From IMG/VR virus record IMGVR_UViG_3300044815_000174, positions 1-51,868 of that record: 51,868 nucleotides of DNA, one strand, 5' to 3'. A model generated the notes under the pieces. The model saw nothing but the letters and a program-made list of their open reading frames with translations. It searched no databases and had not been told where the DNA came from. The position numbers were made by a program, and so were the translations under genes. How positions within the stretch are numbered: the first letter of the stretch is position 1; the number at the start of each line of letters is the position of its first letter. The stretch is from a virus (taxonomy: Duplodnaviria; Caudoviricetes). Shown here one piece after another: positions 18,019 through 26,685 of this stretch.

Positions 18019-18076
18019 TATCCTAAAACAATTTAGGATAGAGGCCACTTAAGAACCGTTTTAAGTGGCCTCTATC
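18019..18076. repeat. Dispersed palindrome, copies 3 and 4; the second has 16-bp arms and may terminate the PRTRC operon
   Basis: TATCCTAA-AACAAT-TTAGGATA, then GATAGAGGCCACTTAA-GAACCGTT-TTAAGTGGCCTCTATC. Confidence 0.8.
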
Positions 18077-18102
18077 TTGTTAATGCTATTAATCGTCCGC
18101 AG

Positions 18103-19068
18103 TCACGCCGCGTTCGAGGCAGCAAATGCCGACGGCAAGCGTTGAACGTAAGAGACCGGCTTCTTAATGATGCGAGCGACTTCCTCCGGCGTCGCATACG
18201 ACGTCGGTTTGACCACGCCGGAGGTGTTATTGACCTCGCAGGCGAATCGCTTGAGGTTGCGCTTGAGCAGCAGGCTGGTCAGGAACTTGCTGGCTTCAAC
18301 CGCGATGCTCGCGTTGATGTCGAAGGATTGCTGATTTGCCATCAGCATCTCCGCGCACGAAAGATTGTTGTTAGCCAGTTCTTCAGGCTGGTCGTCGAGC
18401 AGGTCCGGATAGAGGTGTGCGGGACTTGGCAAAGCCGCACACACATTAGGCTCTGGGAAAGCTGCGGCCAGCGCGTGAATGGAATAGGCGGAACCTAAGA
18501 GCACGCGCCCCGAGTTCTGCACGTTGCCGCAGTCGAGCCACCAGTAAGAAGGCGGGAAGGGGAGCTGATCGTCATTGTGTGAAAGCGTCTCATTGAGCGC
18601 GCGCCGCCCTTCGGCGCCGTCCACGCAGCCGACAAGGATCGTGATGTCGGCATCGTTTAAGTATTTTTCGTCGTACTTATCAACGGCGTATGTGGTGTTG
18701 ACGCCCCAGGCGAAACCGTAGCGGCGGGCGAGCGCGAGCGCTTTGGGCTGTCCGACTTCGGCATCACAGAAGAGCTGGCGACCGATGTTGCCTTCTTCGA
18801 CGATGTCAGGATCGAGAAGCGTCAGGTGGCCCCGCTTGCCGAGGCCGTAGAGGACTCGCGTCAGACGCGCCGCGTGCATGGCCATAAAGGAGCCTGTGCC
18901 GCCGCAGCCCGCGATGGCGATCTCGAACGAATCGAATTGCGGCAGATGAATCGTGGCCGCGTTGAGCATACTCAAATCGAGTGCGGGCATGATCTCCGGT
19001 TTTGCAACTTGCGGTTGGCGTTCCTGGCGCTGATTGTTGTTTCTGAATTTTCTATGTTTCCTGGGCAT
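18103..19068 (-). CDS. ThiF/E1-like activating enzyme (PRTRC ThiF)
   Basis: GCGGTGS, DPDIVEEGNIGRQ, GCVD, WLDCGN and SCAE (catalytic Cys) motifs. Confidence 0.92.
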   Translation of the reverse strand: MPRKHRKFRNNNQRQERQPQVAKPEIMPALDLSMLNAATIHLPQFDSFEIAIAGCGGTGSFMAMHAARLTRVLYGLGKRGHLTLLDPDIVEEGNIGRQLFCDAEVGQPKALALARRYGFAWGVNTTYAVDKYDEKYLNDADITILVGCVDGAEGRRALNETLSHNDDQLPFPPSYWWLDCGNVQNSGRVLLGSAYSIHALAAAFPEPNVCAALPSPAHLYPDLLDDQPEELANNNLSCAEMLMANQQSFDINASIAVEASKFLTSLLLKRNLKRFACEVNNTSGVVKPTSYATPEEVARIIKKPVSYVQRLPSAFAASNAA

Positions 19069-19279
19069 GTTTGTCCTCCGTCTCGACCTTTGATTTAAGA
19101 AGCACTACCTGCTTCTCTATCAATGTTCTGAATCCGATGTTTTGCATGTGCTGGCCATCACTCGCCCTGACGCCATAAGACAGGATTCTATAAATCCGAT
19201 ATGTCAGGCCGCGCAGCATAAATTTATCGCCTTTTCGAAGCTCAGTTCCTTCGTCGATTATTTGTTCGTTCGCTGCCAT
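19052..19279 (-). CDS. Small hypothetical protein inside the PRTRC operon
   Basis: 75 aa with a GGAGG ribosome-binding site, between the JAB and E1 genes. Confidence 0.6.
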   Translation of the reverse strand: MAANEQIIDEGTELRKGDKFMLRGLTYRIYRILSYGVRASDGQHMQNIGFRTLIEKQVVLLKSKVETEDKHAQET

Positions 19280-19297
19280 TTCAATTCCTCCACTGAC

Positions 19298-19978
19298 TCA
19301 TTGTTTGCTGTCAATATCCACAGAAAGTGCATCGTTAAATTCTGCTGGTAGCTCGAAAAACTCATTCGCCCAGTAATCGAAAAAATAACCGAACACGCCA
19401 ACGCGCACGCGGATCGTCGGTGTATCGAAGATGGTCCCGATCACGGCATAAATCCTGAAACCCTGCGCTTCGTCCGTGTCATCATCTTCAGAGAAATCCG
19501 CGGGCATCGTGTGATGACTGTGCAGCTCGACGATGGCGCGCTCGGTTGATGTGCCTGCTCCGGTTTCAACGGGGACGACACTATTGTCTTCCGCTTTCTG
19601 GTCTGGAAATTCCAGGTGCCAGCCGTCCGTGAAATCGAGGATGGTCGTTGCGCCGGTGTAGGGTGTTGGCCGCTCATTCCACGACAAATGGAAAAGCGTC
19701 TCTTTAAGTTCAGGCACGCAGCGCGTGCGCGAGAGGGCGAGTATCCTTTGCAGGAAGCGCGCGGGGACTTTAGGAAACCCCCATGTGACGTAAGGCAGGA
19801 TGGGCGCCAGCCCACGCAGTTCGTAGAGCGCGATGGGAATGCACGCTTCAAGGCCGGGCCTGCGAGAGCGCACGAAAGTGCCATTGCCGCCGACGACCAC
19901 GTCTAGGAGAAGGGATTCGTCCACCGGCGGCAGGGGCTGGCCGGGTTGCGCGAAATGATGATCTGTTAGACGGAGCAT
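19298..19978 (-). CDS. JAB/MPN metallo-isopeptidase (PRTRC protein A-like)
   Basis: ELHSHHTMPADFSEDDDTDE JAMM motif and GFRIYAVIG. Confidence 0.9.
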   Translation of the reverse strand: MLRLTDHHFAQPGQPLPPVDESLLLDVVVGGNGTFVRSRRPGLEACIPIALYELRGLAPILPYVTWGFPKVPARFLQRILALSRTRCVPELKETLFHLSWNERPTPYTGATTILDFTDGWHLEFPDQKAEDNSVVPVETGAGTSTERAIVELHSHHTMPADFSEDDDTDEAQGFRIYAVIGTIFDTPTIRVRVGVFGYFFDYWANEFFELPAEFNDALSVDIDSKQ

Positions 19979-20164
19979 GGAAACTTCCTCAATGATCAGC
20001 ACCAGCAAAATTGTTAGAGGTCGCAATCTTTAAGCAGCGCTGACAGGTCACACGCTTGAATCGACGAGTCGAAGTCAGCTCACAGGAAGGCCATCGCTTT
20101 TGAATGTTGCATAAAGGCAAAGTGCCGTAAAAACGAAAATGCGTTTTCTTGTTGCCAGCCATTG

Positions 20165-20884
20165 TCACGATAAATCTCCGCTCTCCAGCAGTCCCTTGAG
20201 TGCCTTATCCAGGGTGATCCCCGTATTGCTCACCTGGCGCTCTAAATCCTGCACCGGGTAATGAGCAGGCTCCGCGGCTCTCGCCATGTCCCTGAGCACG
20301 ACGCGCACGTCGTCCGTGCTGCGCTTCGATTTTCCGTCGCAGCGATGGTTGTTAAAGGGTGTGGTGATAAAGATGCGCCACGCCTGCTTGATCGCGGTGG
20401 CGGAGCAGCGCGGCGGCTGATGGGTGCCGAAGCAGATCAAGCCGCTCGGCTCAACGTTAGGCAGCGGCGCGTGATAGATTTCCCTGTAAGGGTCCAACTC
20501 CTCTGTCTTGACCGCCCACAGGAAATACTTGTTGCCAATCCCGAACATCACGAGACCCGGTAAAGGGACGCTGATCCTGACAACGCCGCCTTTGGCCTCC
20601 GGTGCATCGCTGACCATCTCCAGCGTGTGGCGCTGCGGCTCCATGTACATCACGGCCCAGTCGCCGCTTCGGCCCGTTCCCCAGTTGCGAATCTCGGGCG
20701 GAATCCAGCCCGACGAGACCGTGATCTTCGTGAACGCCTCGCGCACGGCGGCGGCCGAGAGCAACTTTTCATGCACGGCTCCGTCATGATCCCGAACTTT
20801 GAAAAGGAACTGTCCCGAGAGGATTTCAATTCGCGGGGCCGGAGCCACGTTGTTGTACGCGGGACGCATAATCTCTTCGCTCAT
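20165..20884 (-). CDS. Prokaryotic E2-like conjugating protein (PRTRC protein B-like)
   Basis: VPLPGLVMFG...WAVK...HAPLPNV..SGLICFG with the catalytic Cys, and FITTPFN. Confidence 0.85.
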   Translation of the reverse strand: MSEEIMRPAYNNVAPAPRIEILSGQFLFKVRDHDGAVHEKLLSAAAVREAFTKITVSSGWIPPEIRNWGTGRSGDWAVMYMEPQRHTLEMVSDAPEAKGGVVRISVPLPGLVMFGIGNKYFLWAVKTEELDPYREIYHAPLPNVEPSGLICFGTHQPPRCSATAIKQAWRIFITTPFNNHRCDGKSKRSTDDVRVVLRDMARAAEPAHYPVQDLERQVSNTGITLDKALKGLLESGDLS

Positions 20885-20888
20885 TGTC

Positions 20889-21725
20889 TTAAAACTCCCA
20901 TTCGCCTGATGATTGATTCCAGATTTCAATAACGCGAGCGATTTGCTCGGGATGTTGTTGGAGGTAAATGCTTTCCGCGAGCACCGCGGTCAGCATCTGT
21001 TTCGCTAACTTCCAGTGCTCGGCGAGCGCATCGATGTTTTCCTTGTTCCACTCGAATCTGAGGTCCAGATCCTCGTAAGTCGGACTGAGCGGATGCGCGT
21101 CGAGAAAGAGATTTCCTGACCTGTAGCACACGATTGCGAAGGCCTGCGGCAAAAGTCTGAAGGCTGGCTCATCCAGGCAAGCCTGCGTGAATCTTTCAAC
21201 ACTGACCTCTTCCCAGTGCCGCGGGCGCATCTCGAGCGGCAGGTTGTAGAGGCGCGCGAACTTCGGCCACCAGTCCCGTTTCAGAAATGTATTGCAGAGC
21301 GCGATGACGATTTGATAAGCCGTCGGCCAGCTTTCGAATGACGAGCCGTCGCCGATTGTCCAATCGATTTTCTGCATGCACCGGATGGGGATCACGGGGT
21401 AGATAAACTGCGGGTGCTTGTACAGGGGTCGCAAATCAATCGGGAATTTGCGCTTGTTGAGCAGGTGGTAAAACTCGAACTCGCGCTCGTGGGTGTAAAG
21501 CGGGCGCGCTGACCTGCGATAGGCTTCGGGAAAAACTTCTTCGTAGAGGAAGCTGATATTGATTCCGGCCTGCACCATCATGTCGTAGCCCTCGCGCCCG
21601 AGTTCGAGAAAGAGCGCCGCGCCCCGCGGCGTTGTCGCGCGCACGCGGCCCGCGAGGTAAATGGTCGCGCGCAGGGCGTCGAGCGGCTCGCCAAATAGTT
21701 CGGATGTGTTCACGACATCAGACAT
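20889..21725 (-). CDS. Hypothetical helical protein in the PRTRC cassette (position of protein F)
   Basis: Lies between the Ubl and E2 genes; SGNLFLD...FEWNKENIDALAEHW. Confidence 0.6.
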   Translation of the reverse strand: MSDVVNTSELFGEPLDALRATIYLAGRVRATTPRGAALFLELGREGYDMMVQAGINISFLYEEVFPEAYRRSARPLYTHEREFEFYHLLNKRKFPIDLRPLYKHPQFIYPVIPIRCMQKIDWTIGDGSSFESWPTAYQIVIALCNTFLKRDWWPKFARLYNLPLEMRPRHWEEVSVERFTQACLDEPAFRLLPQAFAIVCYRSGNLFLDAHPLSPTYEDLDLRFEWNKENIDALAEHWKLAKQMLTAVLAESIYLQQHPEQIARVIEIWNQSSGEWEF

Positions 21726-21728
21726 GAT

Positions 21729-22223
21729 TCAGAATCCCACGGGCACTTCGTCGGAAGTGGTTGGAAGCGCGTGGCCGATCAGGAAAAGAGCGTCGGCCAC
21801 AGCCTGGCCTTCATTGTTCGATTCGGAGATGGCGCGCTCGACATCTCCGCGTCGTGCGGCTGCCTCGAAGAATTCTCTATCGCCCATCATCTCGGCGCGC
21901 ATGACATCCTCGGTGAGCGCGATGGCCGGGTTGACGTAAGGGGGTGCGGCACGGAGCGCGTCAATTAATTGTGACTGCTCAAGTGCCATGGGCCGCGTCT
22001 CCGGCTGCAACAATGCTTGCGTCAAGGCCACCTGTCCTTTCGGTGTCGCGCGCTTGGTGACGGTGATGACGGCGGGCGCGCCCTCCTCTTTGACGATCTC
22101 GATCTGCGCGTTCTCGATTGCCGGAAATTCCTGCGAGAGCAGATTCCTGACTGCTTCTTTACCCAGTGCGGCAATCTCGTCCGGGACGGTGATGCTCTTG
22201 CCTTCGATTTTTACGATAGCCAT
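21729..22223 (-). CDS. Ubiquitin-like protein (PRTRC protein C-like) with a C-terminal extension
   Basis: The first 63 aa (...VRNLLSQEFPAIENAQIE...ITVTKRATPKG) resemble PRTRC C, followed by about 100 further residues. Confidence 0.72.
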   Translation of the reverse strand: MAIVKIEGKSITVPDEIAALGKEAVRNLLSQEFPAIENAQIEIVKEEGAPAVITVTKRATPKGQVALTQALLQPETRPMALEQSQLIDALRAAPPYVNPAIALTEDVMRAEMMGDREFFEAAARRGDVERAISESNNEGQAVADALFLIGHALPTTSDEVPVGF

Positions 22224-22255
22224 TTCGGTGCTCCTGATGTGGTGGTGGTTGGTGT

Positions 22256-24580
22256 TTAGACTTTGGCGCGGGATTTCTTCGACGAAGACTTGCTCGCCTT
22301 AACAGCGCTCTTTTTTGCCGCAGTCTTGGTTATGGTCTTATCCGCGCGCGCGGCGGGCTTCTTCTTCGTTGAGGGGCTGCTGCCGGCGGCGGCGGTGGCG
22401 TTGCTTGTTGCCTTGGCGAGCGTTTTCTTCTTCGCCTGTGCCTCTTCGAGCTGTGTCTTGACTAATTGCATGACCTCTTCCGGCAATGGTCTGAGGACAT
22501 CGGCGGAGACGACCGTGCGGAATGCGCTGTACGGATCATTGCCAATGCTGATAGTGACGCTGACTTTGTCTTCCAGCCCGGGTATCCAGATGTATGAGAT
22601 CGCCAGCTTCTCATTGCCGAGAAGCTCTTCGATGGGAGTCGGCTCCGGTTGAGTGGGCGTTTGATTCTCCGCCTGACTTCGCGCCGTCTCACGCGCTTTT
22701 TGTCCGGCTTCATATTCGTCCTGATATTCGACGGCATCAGCGATAGCCTCTGCCGAGGTTTTGAATGGCGGGCGGCTAACCCTCAGCGTGTCGTTGTCTG
22801 CACGAAAGCCGGCCGGCATTCCGACCGTTGCATGACGGCGCATCACCCATCCGGCATTTCTCATCGTGACGCCGAAGTAGCTTTCAGATTGGCTGGATAC
22901 TTCGGGTTCCATCGGCGCACTCTTCTGACTGCCTGTTTCTGGTGCCCCTTCTGTGCCCTCCTGCTGTTCTGCCACTGCTGCCGTAGTAGGTTCGGGATTG
23001 GCTTCATTAGCCGGGAGAGAAGTCCCGTCAGGCGCAATCGTTTCTGTCACAACCTCGACACCAGAGATTTGAACTTCGAGCGCATCATGTCCCGGTTGCA
23101 GTTCAACGCCAGCGAAAAGCGGCGTCTCTGGCTCCGCTGCCTTCGTTGCGACCGCGCGCACGATGCCATCGGAGCCGCGACGGCGGCCGTCGTCAGCCAA
23201 AACATTTTGGATCAGGGTTGCGCGCGCCGTCGCCGTCAGGTTTCTGACCAGGCGCACGAGGCTGATTTGGGTGCCGCTCACGGCTGCAAGCTCTTCATCG
23301 CTCGATTCACCGTCCGGGTCTTCGATTAGAACCGGCACAAGGCGTGTAAGCGAGCGGCGCACGTCGCTCAGGAAAGGCTGCGTCATGCCTCCGGCAATTC
23401 CTGTCAGCATCGAATCGGATTCCTTGAACCACTCTTCATCGGCGAGCAGGGTGACAGCCTTGAGGCGCTTATCGTCGTTGGTCAGCCTGAGGCCATGGTT
23501 CGCGTTGGCACGCAGGGCAAACAGAATGGCGTCGCGCAGTGTGCCTTTGTGAACCTCGACATCGAGGAGCGCACCAGCTTCCAGTGCCGCTGCGTGGCGA
23601 TGGTTGCCGTCAGCGACCCAATAGGTTTCGCCATCGAAGAAGACATCTGCGGGAGGGTAGGTGCGACCGGCTTTATAGCCCGCGACGAGTCCCTCGGCGT
23701 GGTCACGATCCAGGCCCTGCGCGCGCATCAGGAGAGATGGATGCGTCGTGAGCCGGTCGGGCGTCATCTGCTGCACGAGAATTCGTGAAGGCTGATCGGC
23801 GCCGAGATCGAAAAGGGAATCGGAACGCGCAGGGTTGGCTTCATCCAGCGTCGCAGCGCCGATGATCTCCACCTTTTCAGCCTCACTTAAAACGCTTTTA
23901 AGAGACGGGTTGATGATCTGGAGAATGTCGGAGTTGACACTGTATTCCCATGCGTCGGCTTCGATGCCCGTGCCGAGCCCCATTGCTTTGAAAGCCTCAA
24001 TATCTTCAACGCAGCATGAAGCGACGATAAGAGTGCCAAGCTCGAGAGCGTCACGATAGGCGATGGCCAGTTCGACGATGCCCTTCAGGTTGTCGGTGGT
24101 GAGCGTGCATTTGAATTCGTAGAGAGTGTCCCCAGCGACCAGATCGGCGATGCCTTCGCCGCTGTCGACATCGGTTCTAAAATGCACGCCTTTGGAAGTC
24201 AGCTCTTCGATGAAGTGACTCCGCAGGTCAACTTCGTGCGCTAGCTCTTTATGCTGTTGTCCGGCAGCGGAAAGCGAAACATGCGGTGCCTTGATCTGGT
24301 TGGCGATGTCTCCAATGCTGGAAAATCCCGATGTGGTTTGAGCGGGCTGCTCCAAAGCCTCATCCGGGCTTTGACCATTGATCTCTCGTTGAATGACGTG
24401 CGCGGCGGCAATTACCTTTGCCTCGGTTTCGAAAGGGCCACGCGCGTCGGACGCCTCATAGTTGCGCCATACGAACTCACCATCTTCAGGAACGACTGTC
24501 CAGCCGGACTCAGACAAAAGTGAGAAGAGCGCTCCGTCTTCGGGACTCAAACCTTTAATTAAATCGATAATGCTGCTCAT
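22256..24580 (-). CDS. Multidomain ParB-like protein (PD-(D/E)xK-like domain, ParB/Srx, HTH, Lys/Ala-rich tail)
   Basis: VFFDGETYWVADGNHRHAAA and ANANHGLRLTNDDKR ParB-type motifs; GIADLV...YEFK nuclease-like motif; histone-H1-like C-terminus. Confidence 0.78.
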   Translation of the reverse strand: MSSIIDLIKGLSPEDGALFSLLSESGWTVVPEDGEFVWRNYEASDARGPFETEAKVIAAAHVIQREINGQSPDEALEQPAQTTSGFSSIGDIANQIKAPHVSLSAAGQQHKELAHEVDLRSHFIEELTSKGVHFRTDVDSGEGIADLVAGDTLYEFKCTLTTDNLKGIVELAIAYRDALELGTLIVASCCVEDIEAFKAMGLGTGIEADAWEYSVNSDILQIINPSLKSVLSEAEKVEIIGAATLDEANPARSDSLFDLGADQPSRILVQQMTPDRLTTHPSLLMRAQGLDRDHAEGLVAGYKAGRTYPPADVFFDGETYWVADGNHRHAAALEAGALLDVEVHKGTLRDAILFALRANANHGLRLTNDDKRLKAVTLLADEEWFKESDSMLTGIAGGMTQPFLSDVRRSLTRLVPVLIEDPDGESSDEELAAVSGTQISLVRLVRNLTATARATLIQNVLADDGRRRGSDGIVRAVATKAAEPETPLFAGVELQPGHDALEVQISGVEVVTETIAPDGTSLPANEANPEPTTAAVAEQQEGTEGAPETGSQKSAPMEPEVSSQSESYFGVTMRNAGWVMRRHATVGMPAGFRADNDTLRVSRPPFKTSAEAIADAVEYQDEYEAGQKARETARSQAENQTPTQPEPTPIEELLGNEKLAISYIWIPGLEDKVSVTISIGNDPYSAFRTVVSADVLRPLPEEVMQLVKTQLEEAQAKKKTLAKATSNATAAAGSSPSTKKKPAARADKTITKTAAKKSAVKASKSSSKKSRAKV
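23883..23904. repeat. Dispersed palindrome, copy 5 (inside the parB-like gene)
   Basis: TCACTTAA-AACGCTT-TTAAGAG. Confidence 0.6.
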
Positions 24581-24617
24581 AAATTCTTGCTCCTGTGCGT
24601 TGGTTGATTTATTCGAT

Positions 24618-25079
24618 CTAGGCGAGGGCGATCACTTTGCAATTCGTCTTATCGCCGTTCTTGGTGCATTGCACGAGAATCTTCTTTTTGAAGGGATACT
24701 CACCCGGTTCCATGTTTCCTTTGACACCCAATTCATCTAGATATTCCGGGTAGATAGGCAGGCCAAACTTGGTGTACTTGCCGCCTTTGACGTTGAAGTG
24801 CTTGCCCTTTTTGTCGTGCGTCACCTCAAGGGTCTCGCCCATGACAGTTTCCGTCGTCGTGTTCGGATCGCTGGCTACGGGTGCAGTCGGCGTTACAGGG
24901 GTGGTCTGCACAGAAGTCCATCCGCCGGCGAGAGCCTTATTGATTGACTCGGAACTTTTGCGAAAGATTTCGCCCTTTTGAGTGAGATTGCCGGAAAGCT
25001 GGAAGGTATGGACCACACCCTGCCGATCTTGAAGCTGGAAGGACTCGCTGAAAAAGATGGGGGCTGTTTCATCACTCAT
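24618..25079 (-). CDS. Hypothetical protein (possible OB-fold/SSB-like C-terminal domain)
   Basis: Good ORF in the early left operon; beta-rich C-terminal half (KHFNVKGGKYTKFGLPIYPE). Confidence 0.55.
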   Translation of the reverse strand: MSDETAPIFFSESFQLQDRQGVVHTFQLSGNLTQKGEIFRKSSESINKALAGGWTSVQTTPVTPTAPVASDPNTTTETVMGETLEVTHDKKGKHFNVKGGKYTKFGLPIYPEYLDELGVKGNMEPGEYPFKKKILVQCTKNGDKTNCKVIALA

Positions 25080-25081
25080 AA

Positions 25082-25309
25082 CTAAATTCCTTTGGCGAGA
25101 ATGAGTCGCGCCAGTTCTTCACTCGTCATAAAATTTCCAAGTGGCTGTGCGCGACGCCTCATGGCTTCAAGCTCTTCCGTGATGATCTGTTCAATGCGAA
25201 AGAGGTTTGCACCCAGATTGCGAAGTTCTTTCTCCCGCCGCGCGCGATACTCTGCTTCGTGGTCGCGGTGCGTCGCGTGTGCAAGCGCGTGTTTTGGTAG
25301 CGCGCTCAT
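25082..25309 (-). CDS. Hypothetical protein
   Basis: MSALPKHALA..., ATGA-coupled to the upstream gene. Confidence 0.55.
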   Translation of the reverse strand: MSALPKHALAHATHRDHEAEYRARREKELRNLGANLFRIEQIITEELEAMRRRAQPLGNFMTSEELARLILAKGI

Positions 25310-25569
25310 GCCGTTCGTCTCTCCTTGCTGGCGGGGAGCGGTGTCCTCTCGGCCTGGTCGTCCACGTCGAGCGCCCATTCGATTTCATTCCCGATTCGGT
25401 GAAGGGTTAGCCCTGCGTCGGCAGGCATATGTGCCGTGCGTTGCATGGATTCGAGTGAGCTTTTGAGCCATGACATGCGCTGGCGAAGGACGGTGTTCTC
25501 GATTTCAAGGTCAGTGGCGGGGGCGAAGATGCGCCGGAAAATCAAAGTCAATCTTTGGAGATAAGTCAT
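25306..25569 (-). CDS. Hypothetical protein
   Basis: GGAGG ribosome-binding site; ATGA overlaps with both neighbours. Confidence 0.6.
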   Translation of the reverse strand: MTYLQRLTLIFRRIFAPATDLEIENTVLRQRMSWLKSSLESMQRTAHMPADAGLTLHRIGNEIEWALDVDDQAERTPLPASKERRTA

Positions 25570-25775
25570 CGTGTCCTCCTGTAAGTTTGGGGTTGCGTGC
25601 CTCTGACGAGATCGGCGGCATACTCAATGCGGGAGATGGCGGCGGTCATGGCTTCAAGGGCGGTGTGTGGGTCTGTTTCAAAGACCATCATGGCGCGGGC
25701 GATGTCGCTCCGAGCGTCATCTAATTCACCGCCGATTTGTTGGAGTGATGAAAAGGCTGTTTCTAATGCGCTCAT
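25566..25775 (-). CDS. Hypothetical protein
   Basis: ATGA overlaps within the operon. Confidence 0.6.
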   Translation of the reverse strand: MSALETAFSSLQQIGGELDDARSDIARAMMVFETDPHTALEAMTAAISRIEYAADLVRGTQPQTYRRTR

Positions 25776-26017
25776 GCTGATCTCCGTTCTTTGCGTTCCT
25801 GCCAGCGGCGGCGGATGTCCGCGCGCTTGAGTCTCGTGATGGCTTCGTCAATAAGGGCTGAGGGGCGCGTGCTCAATCTGATCTGCGTCCAGACCTCATT
25901 GGTGAGAGCGAGCGCGAGTTCGCCGTCCGTCATGTTCTCCGCTTCGGTGCGGTCGTGAATGTGCTGCAAGAGATTTTCGAGAAATCCGTCTGGGTATTTT
26001 CTTACTTGTTCGCTCAC
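25772..26017 (-). CDS. Hypothetical protein (GTG start, MSEQVRKYPD...)
   Basis: GTGA overlap with the upstream stop; GGAGG ribosome-binding site. Confidence 0.55.
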   Translation of the reverse strand: MSEQVRKYPDGFLENLLQHIHDRTEAENMTDGELALALTNEVWTQIRLSTRPSALIDEAITRLKRADIRRRWQERKERRSA

Positions 26018-26178
26018 GCTGCTTTCCTCCATTCCAGGTCTGAAACCGCTTCTAAATATCTTGACCACAAACGCGCGCTCGCCCGATGCCAGCACGCCTT
26101 TTGAAACTCGAATGCCTTACATCCACAATCACCGTTAGCGATATAGACCTCATCCGATGTGCTCGATTGAATGAGCAT
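26014..26178 (-). pseudogene. SWIM zinc-finger protein, 3' fragment
   Basis: MLIQSSTSDEVYIANGDCGCKAFEFQKACWHRASARLW contains the CxC...CxH SWIM motif; short, with no obvious ribosome-binding site. Confidence 0.6.
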
Positions 26179-26342
26179 TGACCATCTCGCTTGCGGACGA
26201 TCAAGGATGTCAGCTTGTCCAGTTCGGCTTTCATCGCGCGCCGTGAGCCTGGGGCTGGCTTAGTTGTCCGCATCGGCTTTCTGCGGCGGTTGAAGCGGGT
26301 GCGCTTCATGTATGCGCGTCGGTTATTCATTAATCGCTCCAT
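26052..26342 (-). pseudogene. NinG/Rap-like endonuclease, 5' fragment
   Basis: Basic N-terminus then ELDKLTSLIVRKRDGQC; similarity stops at the first Cys of the expected CxxC. Confidence 0.55.
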
Positions 26343-26353
26343 TCCTTCCCGCT

Positions 26354-26566
26354 CTAATCAAAATCACCTTCAAGCCAAGCCGTCGCTGTTTCTCGGTTCG
26401 GGAAATTCTCCGTCCAAGCCTTTCCGGTTTCGTTATCTATCGTCGTGAAACTGCCGTCTGATTCAGGAAGAAGAAACAAGCCTGTTGGGAGGCGTGTCTC
26501 AATAATCAACATGGCTTCTTTTTCGCTGATTAAAGCCACCTTTCCAGCCTGAACATTTTCAGTCAT
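26354..26566 (-). CDS. Hypothetical protein
   Basis: MTENVQAGK...TIDNETGKAWTENF...AWL; TAATG overlap. Confidence 0.65.
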   Translation of the reverse strand: MTENVQAGKVALISEKEAMLIIETRLPTGLFLLPESDGSFTTIDNETGKAWTENFPNRETATAWLEGDFD

Positions 26567-26685
26567 TAGTCGCTGAACTCCTCTTTGCATTCATGGCAGC
26601 GATAGGTGCTGACTTCCGCGATTGATTCAATGAGGGTGCAGGTCGTTACTTCGCAGCACTCAGGGCAGTAGGTTTCGACTTCCAT
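26566..26685 (-). CDS. 39-aa zinc-ribbon protein (MEVETYCPECC...YRCHECKEEFSD)
   Basis: Two CxxC motifs; TAATG overlaps on both sides; GGAGGT ribosome-binding site. Confidence 0.65.
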   Translation of the reverse strand: MEVETYCPECCEVTTCTLIESIAEVSTYRCHECKEEFSD

